From IMG/VR virus record IMGVR_UViG_3300028393_000049: 64,000 nt of DNA; one strand, written 5' to 3'. The notes beneath the pieces are model-generated. The model had not been told where the DNA came from. It saw only the letters and a program-made list of their open reading frames with translations, and did no database searches. The stretch is from an uncultured virus (IMG/VR IMGVR_UViG_3300028393_000049). Lineage: Duplodnaviria; Heunggongvirae; Uroviricota; Caudoviricetes. Positions 48,739 to 58,561 of this stretch are shown piece by piece; the first letter of the stretch is position 1; every line of letters begins with the position of its first letter. Both the position numbers and the translations under genes were made by a program.

Positions 48739-49791
48739 TTAATCGTCATCCTCTGCAATATTTTCAGAAGGAGGAGCCATTGCTATTTGATACATTTTCT
48801 TAATCTTATCATTGAAGAGAGGATTAGAAAGCATAGCCTTCCAGAATTCAGAAGTATTGGTATCTTTAAACCTAAACTTCTTGTCTTCTACTTCTCCAGT
48901 TTCTAGATTAACACGAGAATACCAACCATTAGAAGGCTTGACAACAAGACTGGCTTCCATTGCAATATCAAGAAGACCAGACCACTTATTAATTCCGCCT
49001 TCGTATGTTACTGTGAATGGGAACTTAGCCTTCTCTTTAACAAAACGAGACTTCTCGATATTTATTGTAAAGTTCCAACCAACAAGATCAGAACCATCTT
49101 TTTCTTGTGCCTTAGAAATAATAAAAATTTGATTGGCAGAATATGTAACAGCAGTACCGCCGCCTACAACAGACCTGGAAAAGAGTTCCATAGTTTGATA
49201 GATGTGATTGACGACAATCATAGGAATGTCCTTCATCGTCAAGTGAGGTGTAATGATACGAAGAAGAGAACGAATAGCCTTAGCACGGGTCATATCAGTG
49301 ACAGACTTTTCGTCCATTGCATCTTCTACTTCCTTCTTGGATGACAACGCACCAAGAGAATCAAGAAGCAAGAATACACGATCACCACGATTAATTTGTT
49401 CTAGACGCTTAACAATATCAAACTTGAGTTGCTCAATGTGTTCAATAGGAATGTGAATAACTCGTGAAGTATCAATACCATTACTAGAAAGATATTCTGG
49501 AGTAATACCAAACTCCGAATCATATACGATGGCGATTGCATCTGGATACTTATCGAAGTAAGCCTTCATACAATATAGACCCAACAAGGTCTTGAATGAC
49601 TTCGATGCGCCAGCAAAGATTGTCAGACCAGGAACTAGACCACCATCAAGCGATCCAGAAAAAGCTAAGTTTAGGATTGGAAGTTTTGTCTGAATGATAT
49701 CTTTCTTATTGAAGAAAGCAGACTCAGAAAGAGTAGAGGCTAGCTTAATAGAACCAGCAGCCAACAGCTTGCTCATTAGTTTAGTATTCAT
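48739..49791 (-). CDS. uvsX: RecA-like recombinase UvsX
   Basis: AGASKSFKT, YDSEFG, DSLGAL, GGGT, KSRFVKE. Confidence 0.95.
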   Translation of the reverse strand: MNTKLMSKLLAAGSIKLASTLSESAFFNKKDIIQTKLPILNLAFSGSLDGGLVPGLTIFAGASKSFKTLLGLYCMKAYFDKYPDAIAIVYDSEFGITPEYLSSNGIDTSRVIHIPIEHIEQLKFDIVKRLEQINRGDRVFLLLDSLGALSSKKEVEDAMDEKSVTDMTRAKAIRSLLRIITPHLTMKDIPMIVVNHIYQTMELFSRSVVGGGTAVTYSANQIFIISKAQEKDGSDLVGWNFTINIEKSRFVKEKAKFPFTVTYEGGINKWSGLLDIAMEASLVVKPSNGWYSRVNLETGEVEDKKFRFKDTNTSEFWKAMLSNPLFNDKIKKMYQIAMAPPSENIAEDDD

Positions 49792-49843
49792 TGTATTTCC
49801 TTTGTTTGTTGATTGTTTTAACGAGAGGAACTACCTCTCAGTT

Positions 49844-50101
49844 TTATTTAGACTTGTCGATTGTATCAAGTCGCTTAAGAACTTCTGCGATCTTGGCACT
49901 TCGATTTGGCCAGTAAATATATGGCTGGGTATCGGCATCCTTCAGTAGATTGTTCAATAGTGGCTTGAACAATGAAAGCACTGCCGCATATTTTTGTTGG
50001 TAGGTATCAGCAGAAACTTTAAATGTCTCTGCCACCTTATTGATTTCTTGTTCACTGACTGTGGTAAACCCAAAGTCAAAATCATCATTATTCATCCTCA
50101 A
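49844..50101 (-). CDS. conserved T4-like hypothetical protein
   Basis: DFDFGFT, PLLNNL, YIYWPNR. Confidence 0.65.
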   Translation of the reverse strand: MRMNNDDFDFGFTTVSEQEINKVAETFKVSADTYQQKYAAVLSLFKPLLNNLLKDADTQPYIYWPNRSAKIAEVLKRLDTIDKSK

Positions 50102-52607
50102 AGTGTCCTTCTAGTGTTGATACTTCTTCTGTAGTCCAGTTGATAGCCTTAGTGATATTCTTAATTGGCTCTAGAAATGCTTTATCGAATTGAACAGAAT
50201 AATCAATAAACCTATCGAGGTTTAGTTCTGGCGGAAGCTCACCATTACAAGCAAGAACGTTCTCTTGGAAGGTATTTGGAAGTTTCATATAACAAAACTT
50301 GATCTTCTCTCCTTCTTTGATTGTAGCATATCGCTTGTTTAAATTGTTCTTCCTAAGAAGATCATTATAGACAATAGCTGCTCGAACATGCATTGGTACG
50401 CCATCTTTATATAACTTCATGTCCCCATTAGAATACTTTTCAATATTATTGCACCCACGAGGGAATGCAATCTCTTCAAAAGACATCTTCTTAAAGTCAT
50501 TCCTAAACTTATCAATAAACAAAATTAGTTCTTCGTTTGTGCCTTGCATGATAATGTTTAGGCTGTCTTTAATCTTTTCACGGCAAGAGCCAGGAGTTGA
50601 AGATCGCACGGCTTCAACTCCCTTGATGTATAGCTTAGGCTCGTCATATCGGAAACCTTCACTATCATAAACATTCATGATGTACTTCTTCTTCGCAAGG
50701 AAGATAGCAGTATCACAGATGTTCTCTCGCTTCATCTTCATTTGATTTACATAAGAATTGGTATAATTCTTTAGCCGCTCAAATGAATCTTCAATGATCT
50801 TCTCAAGTGTTTCAGAACAAACCTTATTAACAAAGTCTGTAATCTTGTGAACATCCTTAGAGTTTCCAAATACACTCTTGACGATACCATCCAAAGAAAC
50901 AAAGACCGAATCAGTATCACAATATACTACATATTCTTTATTGTCTGTCTTCAGTGTCTTGTTGATGTAATTGTTAATATCATTGGCGACCCACCGAATA
51001 GCCAACTGACCGTGAAGAGTAATACCCTCTGCATAGTCATTTTGATAAAAACGAAACGATGCATTTCCAGTTGCGCCATAAAGACTGTTCAAAACAATCT
51101 TCTTGACTAGCTGAAGGTTGTGATAACGAGAAATCAAATTTGAGTTTTCTTGACTTGGGTTTGCCTCGTTCTCAACCTTAGCTGCCTTTAGCTTCTTCTG
51201 ATATGCCTTACGCTCATCATACATCTTAATGACGAGTTCTGGAAAGATACCTCGTTTGGACTTATCCCAAAGAGCACCATTTGCCGATAAAGCATAATTG
51301 CTTTCGACTAGCTTATCACGAAGTTTGTCACTCAACTTACCATCAAGCAAAGCATCAATGTCTGGTATCTTTGGAATCTTATTAACATAAGTTTCTGGAC
51401 TCATATTATTCTGAACAATCAAACTTGGATACAGACTGTTAACGTCGAAGGTAGCAACCCACTTGTGCATTCCAATCTTTGGTTCACGAACATATGCACC
51501 AGCAAACTTTTCACCCTTTTTATAGTCCTTAGCCAAAGGAATGACAATATTACGATCAAGAAGATAATTATGAATAATAATATCCCACAGACGAATGCTC
51601 GTAAACATATCGCTGTATGTAATCTTGGCATCATAAGATAGTGTCATACCCAGAGCAAGAAGACCTAGCTTCTCCTCTAGCCTAGCTACTAGTTCAACGT
51701 CATGAATGTTGTATTCAAGATATTGCTGAAAGTTACGACGATAGAGATCGGTTAGTCCGTCATATCCTGTATAGTCTAGCTTACGTTCACCGAGTTCGAC
51801 GAAGGCAATATGGTCTAGCTTATAGCTTTCCTGCTGAACATAAGTGAATTGCTTATAAACCTTTAGATAGTCTAGAACACAAACTCCCATTGGACGGAAG
51901 GTTTGTTGCTCTCGACCTTGAATTTCAATCTCACGCTCATCAAGAATCTTCCAAGGCGAAAGACGCTTTGCCTGATCTTCATTCAATACACGCTTAATAC
52001 GATTTACAATGTAAGGAACGTCAAAGAACTCGATGTTCCAACCAGTGACCACATCAGGATCAGTAGCTTCCCACCACCCGATGAACTCCAACAGAAGCTC
52101 ACGCTCATCGCTGCACTTCTTATATATTACATTGCTTGCCTTTGATACAAATTGTCCGCAACCAAAAGAATAGTGCTTATCCCTAAACTTACAAGTGATA
52201 GCTGTAATAGGTTGATTTGCAGTTTGGATATTAGGAAATCCAGTTTCTTCTCCTTCAGGCGCACACTCGATATCCAGACTAACAGTTCTGATCTCATTCA
52301 AATCAAACTCAACTTGACCAGGATATTCATCGTTAAGATACGTATAGAGGAAAGAATTTAGACCATAAATGCTTACCCCTTCTACGCCTTTGTAACGAGC
52401 AATAAATTCTTTAGCTTCCTTAATACTATCAAAATCAATACGATCAGCAGGGCGACCATCTAGAGTTTTATATGGAGCATCTTCTTTCTTGCTGGAAATA
52501 AACAAATATGGCTCATACTGAATCTTTTTTTGAACTCGCTGCCCATTGTTATATCCACGAATAAAGATATTGTTGCCTCGTTGCGAAGCCTCTGTATAAA
52601 ATTTCAT
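50088..52607 (-). CDS. gp43: family B DNA polymerase gp43
   Basis: DIE, FDVNSLYPS, K..LNSLYG, YCDTDS, KKKY. Confidence 0.97.
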   Translation of the reverse strand: MKFYTEASQRGNNIFIRGYNNGQRVQKKIQYEPYLFISSKKEDAPYKTLDGRPADRIDFDSIKEAKEFIARYKGVEGVSIYGLNSFLYTYLNDEYPGQVEFDLNEIRTVSLDIECAPEGEETGFPNIQTANQPITAITCKFRDKHYSFGCGQFVSKASNVIYKKCSDERELLLEFIGWWEATDPDVVTGWNIEFFDVPYIVNRIKRVLNEDQAKRLSPWKILDEREIEIQGREQQTFRPMGVCVLDYLKVYKQFTYVQQESYKLDHIAFVELGERKLDYTGYDGLTDLYRRNFQQYLEYNIHDVELVARLEEKLGLLALGMTLSYDAKITYSDMFTSIRLWDIIIHNYLLDRNIVIPLAKDYKKGEKFAGAYVREPKIGMHKWVATFDVNSLYPSLIVQNNMSPETYVNKIPKIPDIDALLDGKLSDKLRDKLVESNYALSANGALWDKSKRGIFPELVIKMYDERKAYQKKLKAAKVENEANPSQENSNLISRYHNLQLVKKIVLNSLYGATGNASFRFYQNDYAEGITLHGQLAIRWVANDINNYINKTLKTDNKEYVVYCDTDSVFVSLDGIVKSVFGNSKDVHKITDFVNKVCSETLEKIIEDSFERLKNYTNSYVNQMKMKRENICDTAIFLAKKKYIMNVYDSEGFRYDEPKLYIKGVEAVRSSTPGSCREKIKDSLNIIMQGTNEELILFIDKFRNDFKKMSFEEIAFPRGCNNIEKYSNGDMKLYKDGVPMHVRAAIVYNDLLRKNNLNKRYATIKEGEKIKFCYMKLPNTFQENVLACNGELPPELNLDRFIDYSVQFDKAFLEPIKNITKAINWTTEEVSTLEGHFEDE

Positions 52608-52658
52608 AGTACCTCACAATAAAAACTTGCCCCCACTATAACATGAGGGCAAGAAAAG

Positions 52659-53642
52659 TCAAGAGAAAAATTGCTCTAAAGTTGTGGTTGGTGTTTTTAT
52701 TCGTTGGATTTTTTCTTCTAAGGCTATTCTATTTTTGGCTAGCTCAACATATTCTGGATTGAGTTCACACAAAATAGAATTGCGATCATTGTTATTGGAA
52801 ACAATGGCTGTTGTTCCTGCTCCACCAAATGGATCAAGCACAGTACCACCAACAGGACATCCTGCTAGAATACACGGCTCAATTAAGTCCATAGGGAAGG
52901 TGGCAAAGTGAGCGCCTTTATATGGACGTAAAGGAACATTCCAAACGCTTCTTTTATTTCTTTTGCCATCTGCGCCCCAAACTCTTTCGCCTTCTGAAAA
53001 TCTATCGCCATGAGGATAATCAGCTTGATAACCTTCGGCGGCTTTATTTCTACTGGCAGGAGAAGTTGTAGCAGGTTCCTTGATTGCCTCGTAATCAAAA
53101 TAATATTTCTCACTCTTAGATAGCAAGAAGATATATTCATGCGACTTGGTACAACGATCCTTAACGCTTTCTGGCATAGGATTTGGTTTGTTCCAAATAA
53201 TATCTTGACGAAGATACCAACCATCTGCCTGAAGAGCAAACGCTACTTTCCAAGGAATTCCAATTAAGTCTTTATGCTTGATCGGAGTGTTAACAAAAGT
53301 AGAAGCCATTCGGTTCTTAGCTTTACCTGTATCAACTAATGTACCAAGAGAATCCCCACGAGTTGTGTCTGGAGTTGCTTTTCCATCACGAAACGATGCG
53401 TAACTGTCACCAATGTTTAGCCAAACTGTACCATCATCTCTTAGAACATTATGAACTTCACGAAAGACAGATACCAATTCAGCAACATATTGATCTGGAG
53501 TTTGTTCAAGACCAAGTTGTCCTTCTACCCCATAATCTCGTAGTCCGAAATATGGAGGAGAAGTAACACAACAATGAACAGACTTATATGGCAATGTCCG
53601 AAGTGATTCTCGGCAATCGCCTTCTAAAATTGTAACAGTCAT
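52659..53642 (-). CDS. DNA methyltransferase, beta class (N4-C/N6-A)
   Basis: TSPPY near N-terminus, DPFGGAGTT near C-terminus. Confidence 0.9.
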   Translation of the reverse strand: MTVTILEGDCRESLRTLPYKSVHCCVTSPPYFGLRDYGVEGQLGLEQTPDQYVAELVSVFREVHNVLRDDGTVWLNIGDSYASFRDGKATPDTTRGDSLGTLVDTGKAKNRMASTFVNTPIKHKDLIGIPWKVAFALQADGWYLRQDIIWNKPNPMPESVKDRCTKSHEYIFLLSKSEKYYFDYEAIKEPATTSPASRNKAAEGYQADYPHGDRFSEGERVWGADGKRNKRSVWNVPLRPYKGAHFATFPMDLIEPCILAGCPVGGTVLDPFGGAGTTAIVSNNNDRNSILCELNPEYVELAKNRIALEEKIQRIKTPTTTLEQFFS

Positions 53643-53651
53643 TATAAACCT

Positions 53652-54173
53652 TTATTGTCTTGGAACAAACACTGGATTTCTACCATCTCTTGGATGATCA
53701 AACAAATACCAGCAACAATTATCTTTACCTGTCGTTTTACTATCAGGTATCCACTTAACTCGACCAATACTAATGATCTTCCTTAGCCTTGGCATAAACT
53801 TAATGCTTTGTTTTGTGTGTATCCAATCGGCATCAAAAAGAAGCCAAGTTGGTGCTATAGTTGATAGGTGCTCAATCATAGGATGAAGAATTTTTCTATT
53901 CCAAGGAGGATTGGTAATAAAACAATCCGAATCACCAAGACCTATAGTCAAAGCATCTGCTTGTTTAATATCTTGTCGAAGAGGTTCTATGTCCCATGCA
54001 TCTGTACACACATGACCACATAATGTCAAGTGATCAATTAATGCGCCATTACCAGCACAAGGCTCAACAAAGTTTGTATTTTTCGATAGATGAGATAACA
54101 ATGGAATAACTGCTGCCATTGGCGTTGGATAGAAATCTCTTTCTACCCTTTGAAAATTGCTTCTTTTTCCCAT
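53652..54173 (-). CDS. compact DNA N6-adenine methyltransferase
   Basis: DFYPTP, EPCAGNG, TNPPW. Confidence 0.82.
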   Translation of the reverse strand: MGKRSNFQRVERDFYPTPMAAVIPLLSHLSKNTNFVEPCAGNGALIDHLTLCGHVCTDAWDIEPLRQDIKQADALTIGLGDSDCFITNPPWNRKILHPMIEHLSTIAPTWLLFDADWIHTKQSIKFMPRLRKIISIGRVKWIPDSKTTGKDNCCWYLFDHPRDGRNPVFVPRQ

Positions 54174-54592
54174 GATGTAATACTCTGTTTTTCGTGTTTT
54201 ATTCGCGTTTTTAGTTTTGTCGAGCTAAAATTATGTGAGCGATCCACATAAGCAACGTTAGTACATTTATCATATCCAGTTATTCTTTCAACTTCTTCTG
54301 CGTTATAATCATCGCCAACAAATCTAATATCTGGATTGATAAACATTAACAAAGCAACAAGATCATTTTCTGTGTCATATGGAACAATTTCATCGACAAA
54401 CAAACAAGACTTTAGTCTGATATATCGCTCAAGTACTGTTTCTGTAGGAGAAGATTTCCAATCTCTTTCTTTTGATGGATCAGTATGTAAGCCAACAACA
54501 AGATAGTCACACTTTTCTTTAGCTTCCTTTAAAAGCATAAGATGTCCTGCGTGGCACAGATCAAACGTGCCAGCAGTAAATCCTACGATCAT
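54143..54592 (-). CDS. cytidylyltransferase (TagD-like)
   Basis: GTFDLCHAGH, R.H.FSST. Confidence 0.85.
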   Translation of the reverse strand: MIVGFTAGTFDLCHAGHLMLLKEAKEKCDYLVVGLHTDPSKERDWKSSPTETVLERYIRLKSCLFVDEIVPYDTENDLVALLMFINPDIRFVGDDYNAEEVERITGYDKCTNVAYVDRSHNFSSTKLKTRIKHEKQSITSWEKEAIFKG

Positions 54593-54963
54593 GGAAAAAG
54601 AATCTTCTTTAGTTCAGGGCGTTCGTAATTAGGACCCTTCTTGATCTTACCGTCTTCACGATAGATTGGCTTTCCGTCTTCGCCCAACTTAGTCATATTA
54701 GAACGATGCACTTCAGAGAAACATGCATCTAGATCAACACCAAAAGTGTGACCAGCACCATATACAACATACAAAATATCTGTAAGTGCATCAGCAACTT
54801 CTACAATATCTCGATCTTTGATGGCATCCTTTAGTTCTTGTAGCTCTTCATCGATTAGAGCCACTCGCATCTTCATAACATTCTTATCTGGAAATACAGG
54901 TTTAGTTACCACCTCTTGTCCAAACGATGTCATAAAATCTGCTACTTTTTCGCTATTTGTCAT
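54589..54963 (-). CDS. MazG-like NTP pyrophosphohydrolase
   Basis: EE..E, EVADALTDILYV, EVHRSNMTK, DGKI.KG. Confidence 0.85.
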   Translation of the reverse strand: MTNSEKVADFMTSFGQEVVTKPVFPDKNVMKMRVALIDEELQELKDAIKDRDIVEVADALTDILYVVYGAGHTFGVDLDACFSEVHRSNMTKLGEDGKPIYREDGKIKKGPNYERPELKKILFP

Positions 54964-54992
54964 AACATTATCTTTCATAATTAAAGGGCAAT

Positions 54993-55400
54993 TTATTTTC
55001 TTACAGTGTTGCCTATAGAGTATTTTGCGATCAAGTTCCATTCATCTTTTTCCTTGAACGGGAGAATTTTAATTTGAGATATTGGAGCAACCTGATCTTC
55101 TTCTGTGAACTGATCAACAATGTTGACTAGCCCCCACTGAGACAATAATTGAGCAATTGTATTTCTACGTGCCATATCATTCTCAGAAAAATCTGCTGGC
55201 TTGCCATCTAGTATAAACAGTTCTTTGAAGTGAAGAATAACATATCTACCTTGCTTGTGCAATATATGGCAAGACTGATAAAGTGTTTTATTCTTCTTTG
55301 AAGCTACACCAATACGAGTTAATGTTTCCTTAACTTTTAAAAAGGAATCATTATCATTGAGGGTGATCTCAACTCCACATCCAGTAAAAATATCATTCAT
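54993..55400 (-). CDS. regA: translational repressor RegA
   Basis: FLKVKETLTRIG, LYQSCHILHKQG, HFKELF.LDG. Confidence 0.95.
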   Translation of the reverse strand: MNDIFTGCGVEITLNDNDSFLKVKETLTRIGVASKKNKTLYQSCHILHKQGRYVILHFKELFILDGKPADFSENDMARRNTIAQLLSQWGLVNIVDQFTEEDQVAPISQIKILPFKEKDEWNLIAKYSIGNTVRK

Positions 55401-55785
55401 TTTTTACGCCACCCTTTTTGAGCTTTTCTTTTAACAATGCAATCTGAGAATCAGATAATAGAGACAGGACTTCCATAGCCCTTCTGTCACTATATTTATA
55501 AATCTCTTTGATTACACTGATATTTTCAGAGGACAATCGCTTTGCCCACTTCGAGAAACGCTTCTTGGGCTTAATAGAATTACGAAGATAATCGAACTGT
55601 AACTTGTTTGAAATATCAGATGCGCTGTTCATTTCATTTGCATACAAGATAGTATCAACAAAATATGACAATCCACGATTGACCATAAAAGGAGTATACT
55701 CCTTCTCGACCTCTTCTGGATTATCTGAACTTCCAATAATATCCTTATTGGCATTGATCGCATTGATATAATCAAAGGGTGTCAT
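55393..55785 (-). CDS. gp62: clamp loader small subunit gp62
   Basis: Y.PFMVNR.LS, KKRFSKW; between gp44 and regA. Confidence 0.9.
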   Translation of the reverse strand: MTPFDYINAINANKDIIGSSDNPEEVEKEYTPFMVNRGLSYFVDTILYANEMNSASDISNKLQFDYLRNSIKPKKRFSKWAKRLSSENISVIKEIYKYSDRRAMEVLSLLSDSQIALLKEKLKKGGVKNE

Positions 55786-56720
55786 TATTGGAACTCCGCA
55801 TCATGCATGATTTCAAGAAGAGCAGCCGCTGTATTGATTTCCTGATCAGCAACAAATGCCGCCTTATATTGATAGTTTGCAATATGAAGGACAAGATGAG
55901 GAATTGAACGAGGTGTCAACAAAGAAGACGATGCATCATACAACTTGCGGAATAGAGTAGAACTGTCGATATCAGAGTTTTCTGCTACCCATTTACGAAC
56001 AGTAACGAAGTCCTTAGCCTTCATGCTTTTGATTAAAGAACCAAAGATTTCATCAGACATGTTTATAAGAATGCCAGTATCAATCTTACCAGTCACCGAA
56101 TATCGCTGAAGTTCATTGATAACTCGACGCCAGTCAGGATAATACTTCATAATAAATTCTGCTACAGCAGACTTATCATATTCTACATTTTCTGTATCTA
56201 GGATAGTACCAACTCGTGTAAGGAAACGAGGAGCAAGCTTTGTAATTTCCTTCTTGCCTAGCTTGAATTCAACCACCGAACAACGAGAGTGTAGAGGTTC
56301 AATGATACGGGTCTTGAAGTTACAGGTCATGATAAAACCGCAATTCTTAGAATACTCTTCCATAAAGTTACGAAGAGCAGCTTGAACTGTAGGTGTAAGG
56401 TGATCTGCCTCGTCTAGAATAACATACTTGCGTCCACCAACAAAAGATACAGTGGAGGCAAAGTTCTTAATATCAGTACGCAAGGTATCGATGTTTCCAT
56501 TCATAGAAGCATTGATAACAATATAATCGCATCCGATTTGCTCAAGCATTGCCCTAGCAACGGTGGTCTTACCTACGCCAGCACTACCAGTTAGAAGTAG
56601 ATTTGGAACATTGCCCTGTTCTACAAACTGTTGGAACGTAGCCTTTAGATTGTCAGGCAAAACAGTATCTGCGATAGTTCGAGGACGATACTTTTCACAC
56701 CAGAGAAATTCTTCGCTCAT
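55785..56720 (-). CDS. gp44: clamp loader ATPase gp44
   Basis: EKYRP, GVGKT, DEAD, SRC. Confidence 0.95.
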   Translation of the reverse strand: MSEEFLWCEKYRPRTIADTVLPDNLKATFQQFVEQGNVPNLLLTGSAGVGKTTVARAMLEQIGCDYIVINASMNGNIDTLRTDIKNFASTVSFVGGRKYVILDEADHLTPTVQAALRNFMEEYSKNCGFIMTCNFKTRIIEPLHSRCSVVEFKLGKKEITKLAPRFLTRVGTILDTENVEYDKSAVAEFIMKYYPDWRRVINELQRYSVTGKIDTGILINMSDEIFGSLIKSMKAKDFVTVRKWVAENSDIDSSTLFRKLYDASSSLLTPRSIPHLVLHIANYQYKAAFVADQEINTAAALLEIMHDAEFQ

Positions 56721-56792
56721 AATATAATCCTTAAAAACATAATCTCCTCAGTGGAGATTACTGGGTAACATACTTCTTATACAAAGAAACAG

Positions 56793-57164
56793 TTATGGAT
56801 ATAACTTCATTGTTCCTTTGTAAACTCTAACACCAGTACCATCATATTCCCACTCTCTTAGAGCAGGATCAGCGTGGAATTCTTCAGTACCATAATCAAT
56901 AAAATTAATAAATTCTAGTTTCTTTTCATCTTCCCAACCAGAAAGATAGACATTATCTTCGTCGAATATTTCTAAGTATTCTTCGTCAGTAACTTCACGA
57001 ACAGAACTGATAACTTCATCAATATGATGCTGAGAAAACTCCTTGAAGTTATCGTCAACTCCAAGCTTACAAGTCAATTCGTCCATAGCATGTTCCTTAG
57101 ACTTTGCTTCGACAACATATCGAATGCGGAACATGCTAATTGTTTCAACAATATACTTTTCCAT
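56793..57164 (-). CDS. hypothetical protein
   Basis: KYIVETISMFR.RYVVE, EFSQ.H..E. Confidence 0.6.
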   Translation of the reverse strand: MEKYIVETISMFRIRYVVEAKSKEHAMDELTCKLGVDDNFKEFSQHHIDEVISSVREVTDEEYLEIFDEDNVYLSGWEDEKKLEFINFIDYGTEEFHADPALREWEYDGTGVRVYKGTMKLYP

Positions 57165-57165
57165 A

Positions 57166-57384
57166 TTATCCACCAACACTATAATAAGCAATGATACGAC
57201 GAGCAGACTTAATGTGCTTACGGATCATCTTCTTGTCCAACTCTGGATCACGTTCAAAGATCAAAGGACATTCTTTTGCAAGATCATCTTCCCAGTCGGC
57301 AATATTTTGAGTAAGCATATTGATAATAATTTCATCCATAGTTTCATATGGAAGGTCGATAGTATATTTCATTTCACTCTCCAT
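57166..57384 (-). CDS. hypothetical protein
   Basis: behind TTGACA-N17-TATATT promoter. Confidence 0.5.
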   Translation of the reverse strand: MESEMKYTIDLPYETMDEIIINMLTQNIADWEDDLAKECPLIFERDPELDKKMIRKHIKSARRIIAYYSVGG

Positions 57385-57432
57385 TTAGTTATTGAGATCA
57401 TAATATAGCATACGTTATTTCAAATGTCAACC

Positions 57433-57924
57433 CTATTCGTCAAGGTTTGTATGCTTGACATTAACATGAGTGTCACCACGAAGATGAGCTGCCATTACAG
57501 CATGATGTCCATCAGCCACATAATGCTCACCGTTATGAGTAACAACATGAATATTCTGAGGACTAGTATCGGCTATTTTATCTTTTAGTTTTTCTGGGTC
57601 ATTTGTTCTATTAAAAGGTTGTGTAGCGCGAAGGCTTTTAATAGACATCTTTACCAAAGGTTTTGAACCTCTTTCACGAGCATATCCTATCTCGCCTTTT
57701 GGGTGTGAGGACACTCTCTTATAATAACTGTCCTCCATAGACCTGACCTTCTTACGATCATATGTACTAAGAGGAATATGCCCACCTTTTTTAACATCGC
57801 CTTGTTTAGCATTCATCCAAGGTCCGTAATTTGTTCTCTTACTGCCGTATCTACGAGCAACACGGTTAGCCAATTTAGCAGGATCAACTTTACGTTCTTC
57901 TAAAAATTCTATAAAACTTAACAT
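57433..57924 (-). CDS. ParB/Srx-like domain protein with capsid-targeting-like N-terminus
   Basis: MLSFIEFLEE; LRATQP, IHVV....HYVADGHH. Confidence 0.7.
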   Translation of the reverse strand: MLSFIEFLEERKVDPAKLANRVARRYGSKRTNYGPWMNAKQGDVKKGGHIPLSTYDRKKVRSMEDSYYKRVSSHPKGEIGYARERGSKPLVKMSIKSLRATQPFNRTNDPEKLKDKIADTSPQNIHVVTHNGEHYVADGHHAVMAAHLRGDTHVNVKHTNLDE

Positions 57925-57976
57925 TAAAAATCCCTCATAAAAACAGTTAAGTTATTTATGAGGGATTAAAAGTTGA

Positions 57977-58097
57977 CGGCGGCACAGGATTCGAACCCGA
58001 CCAGACTTGGTTTATGCTTCTCAGGGATCGCTCCCATCCGCCTTCACCTATTAAGGAAGTTGGACCTTCCTCGCCCTGCCCATGCAGCGTTCCGCCG
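57977..58097 (-). ncRNA. tRNA-like non-canonical RNA of about 120 nt
   Basis: CGGCGG/CCGCCG terminal stem, GGGTTCGAATCCT T-arm, three internal hairpins, no canonical anticodon arm. Confidence 0.65.
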
Positions 58098-58105
58098 ATA
58101 ATTAG

Positions 58106-58195
58106 TGGAGGAGGGAGTGGGATTCGAACCCACGGTGGACTCTCACCCACGCTAGTTTTCAAGACTAGTTCCTTAAACCGCTCGGACATTCCTCC
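58106..58195 (-). tRNA. tRNA-Ser(TGA)
   Basis: loop CTTGAAA, long variable arm, encoded CCA. Confidence 0.9.
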
Positions 58196-58208
58196 TTGTG
58201 CTTTTTAT

Positions 58209-58520
58209 TTATATTAAGTTACGCATAACTCTCTGACCACGATTACTACGACCTGCTCTCTTTTCTGGTCCGCATTGAATATATCCCTTTCTTTCTAATG
58301 CTGCAAAACGTGCAGTGATACTAGAGTATGGGAAATCAGAAAACTTATCAAGAAGATCGTCGGCAACACAACCAATTTCGCCATATTCTTTGATTGCTTT
58401 ATGTACCATCTCTTCAAGAAATGTTGAATTTACTTTATTCGCAGAATCTTTGCTTGTTTGTGGATCAGTTTTACGCACAAGTTTATTTACTTCTGTACCA
58501 TATACCATATTAATCTCCAT
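58209..58520 (-). CDS. winged-HTH-like protein
   Basis: RKTDPQTS, SSITARF..LE.KG. Confidence 0.55.
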   Translation of the reverse strand: MEINMVYGTEVNKLVRKTDPQTSKDSANKVNSTFLEEMVHKAIKEYGEIGCVADDLLDKFSDFPYSSITARFAALERKGYIQCGPEKRAGRSNRGQRVMRNLI

Positions 58521-58561
58521 AATAAAGTTACAATCTTGTGGACTAATGATTATTAATTTTT

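Noticed and set aside
29337..52607. Introns or inteins in nrdA, nrdB, thyX, gp41, uvsX, gp43
   Set aside because: All ORFs are continuous and of normal length
57977..58097. tRNA-Sec
   Set aside because: No UCA anticodon loop and too long
57956..58217. ORFs over the tRNA-Ser region
   Set aside because: Overlap structured RNA genes
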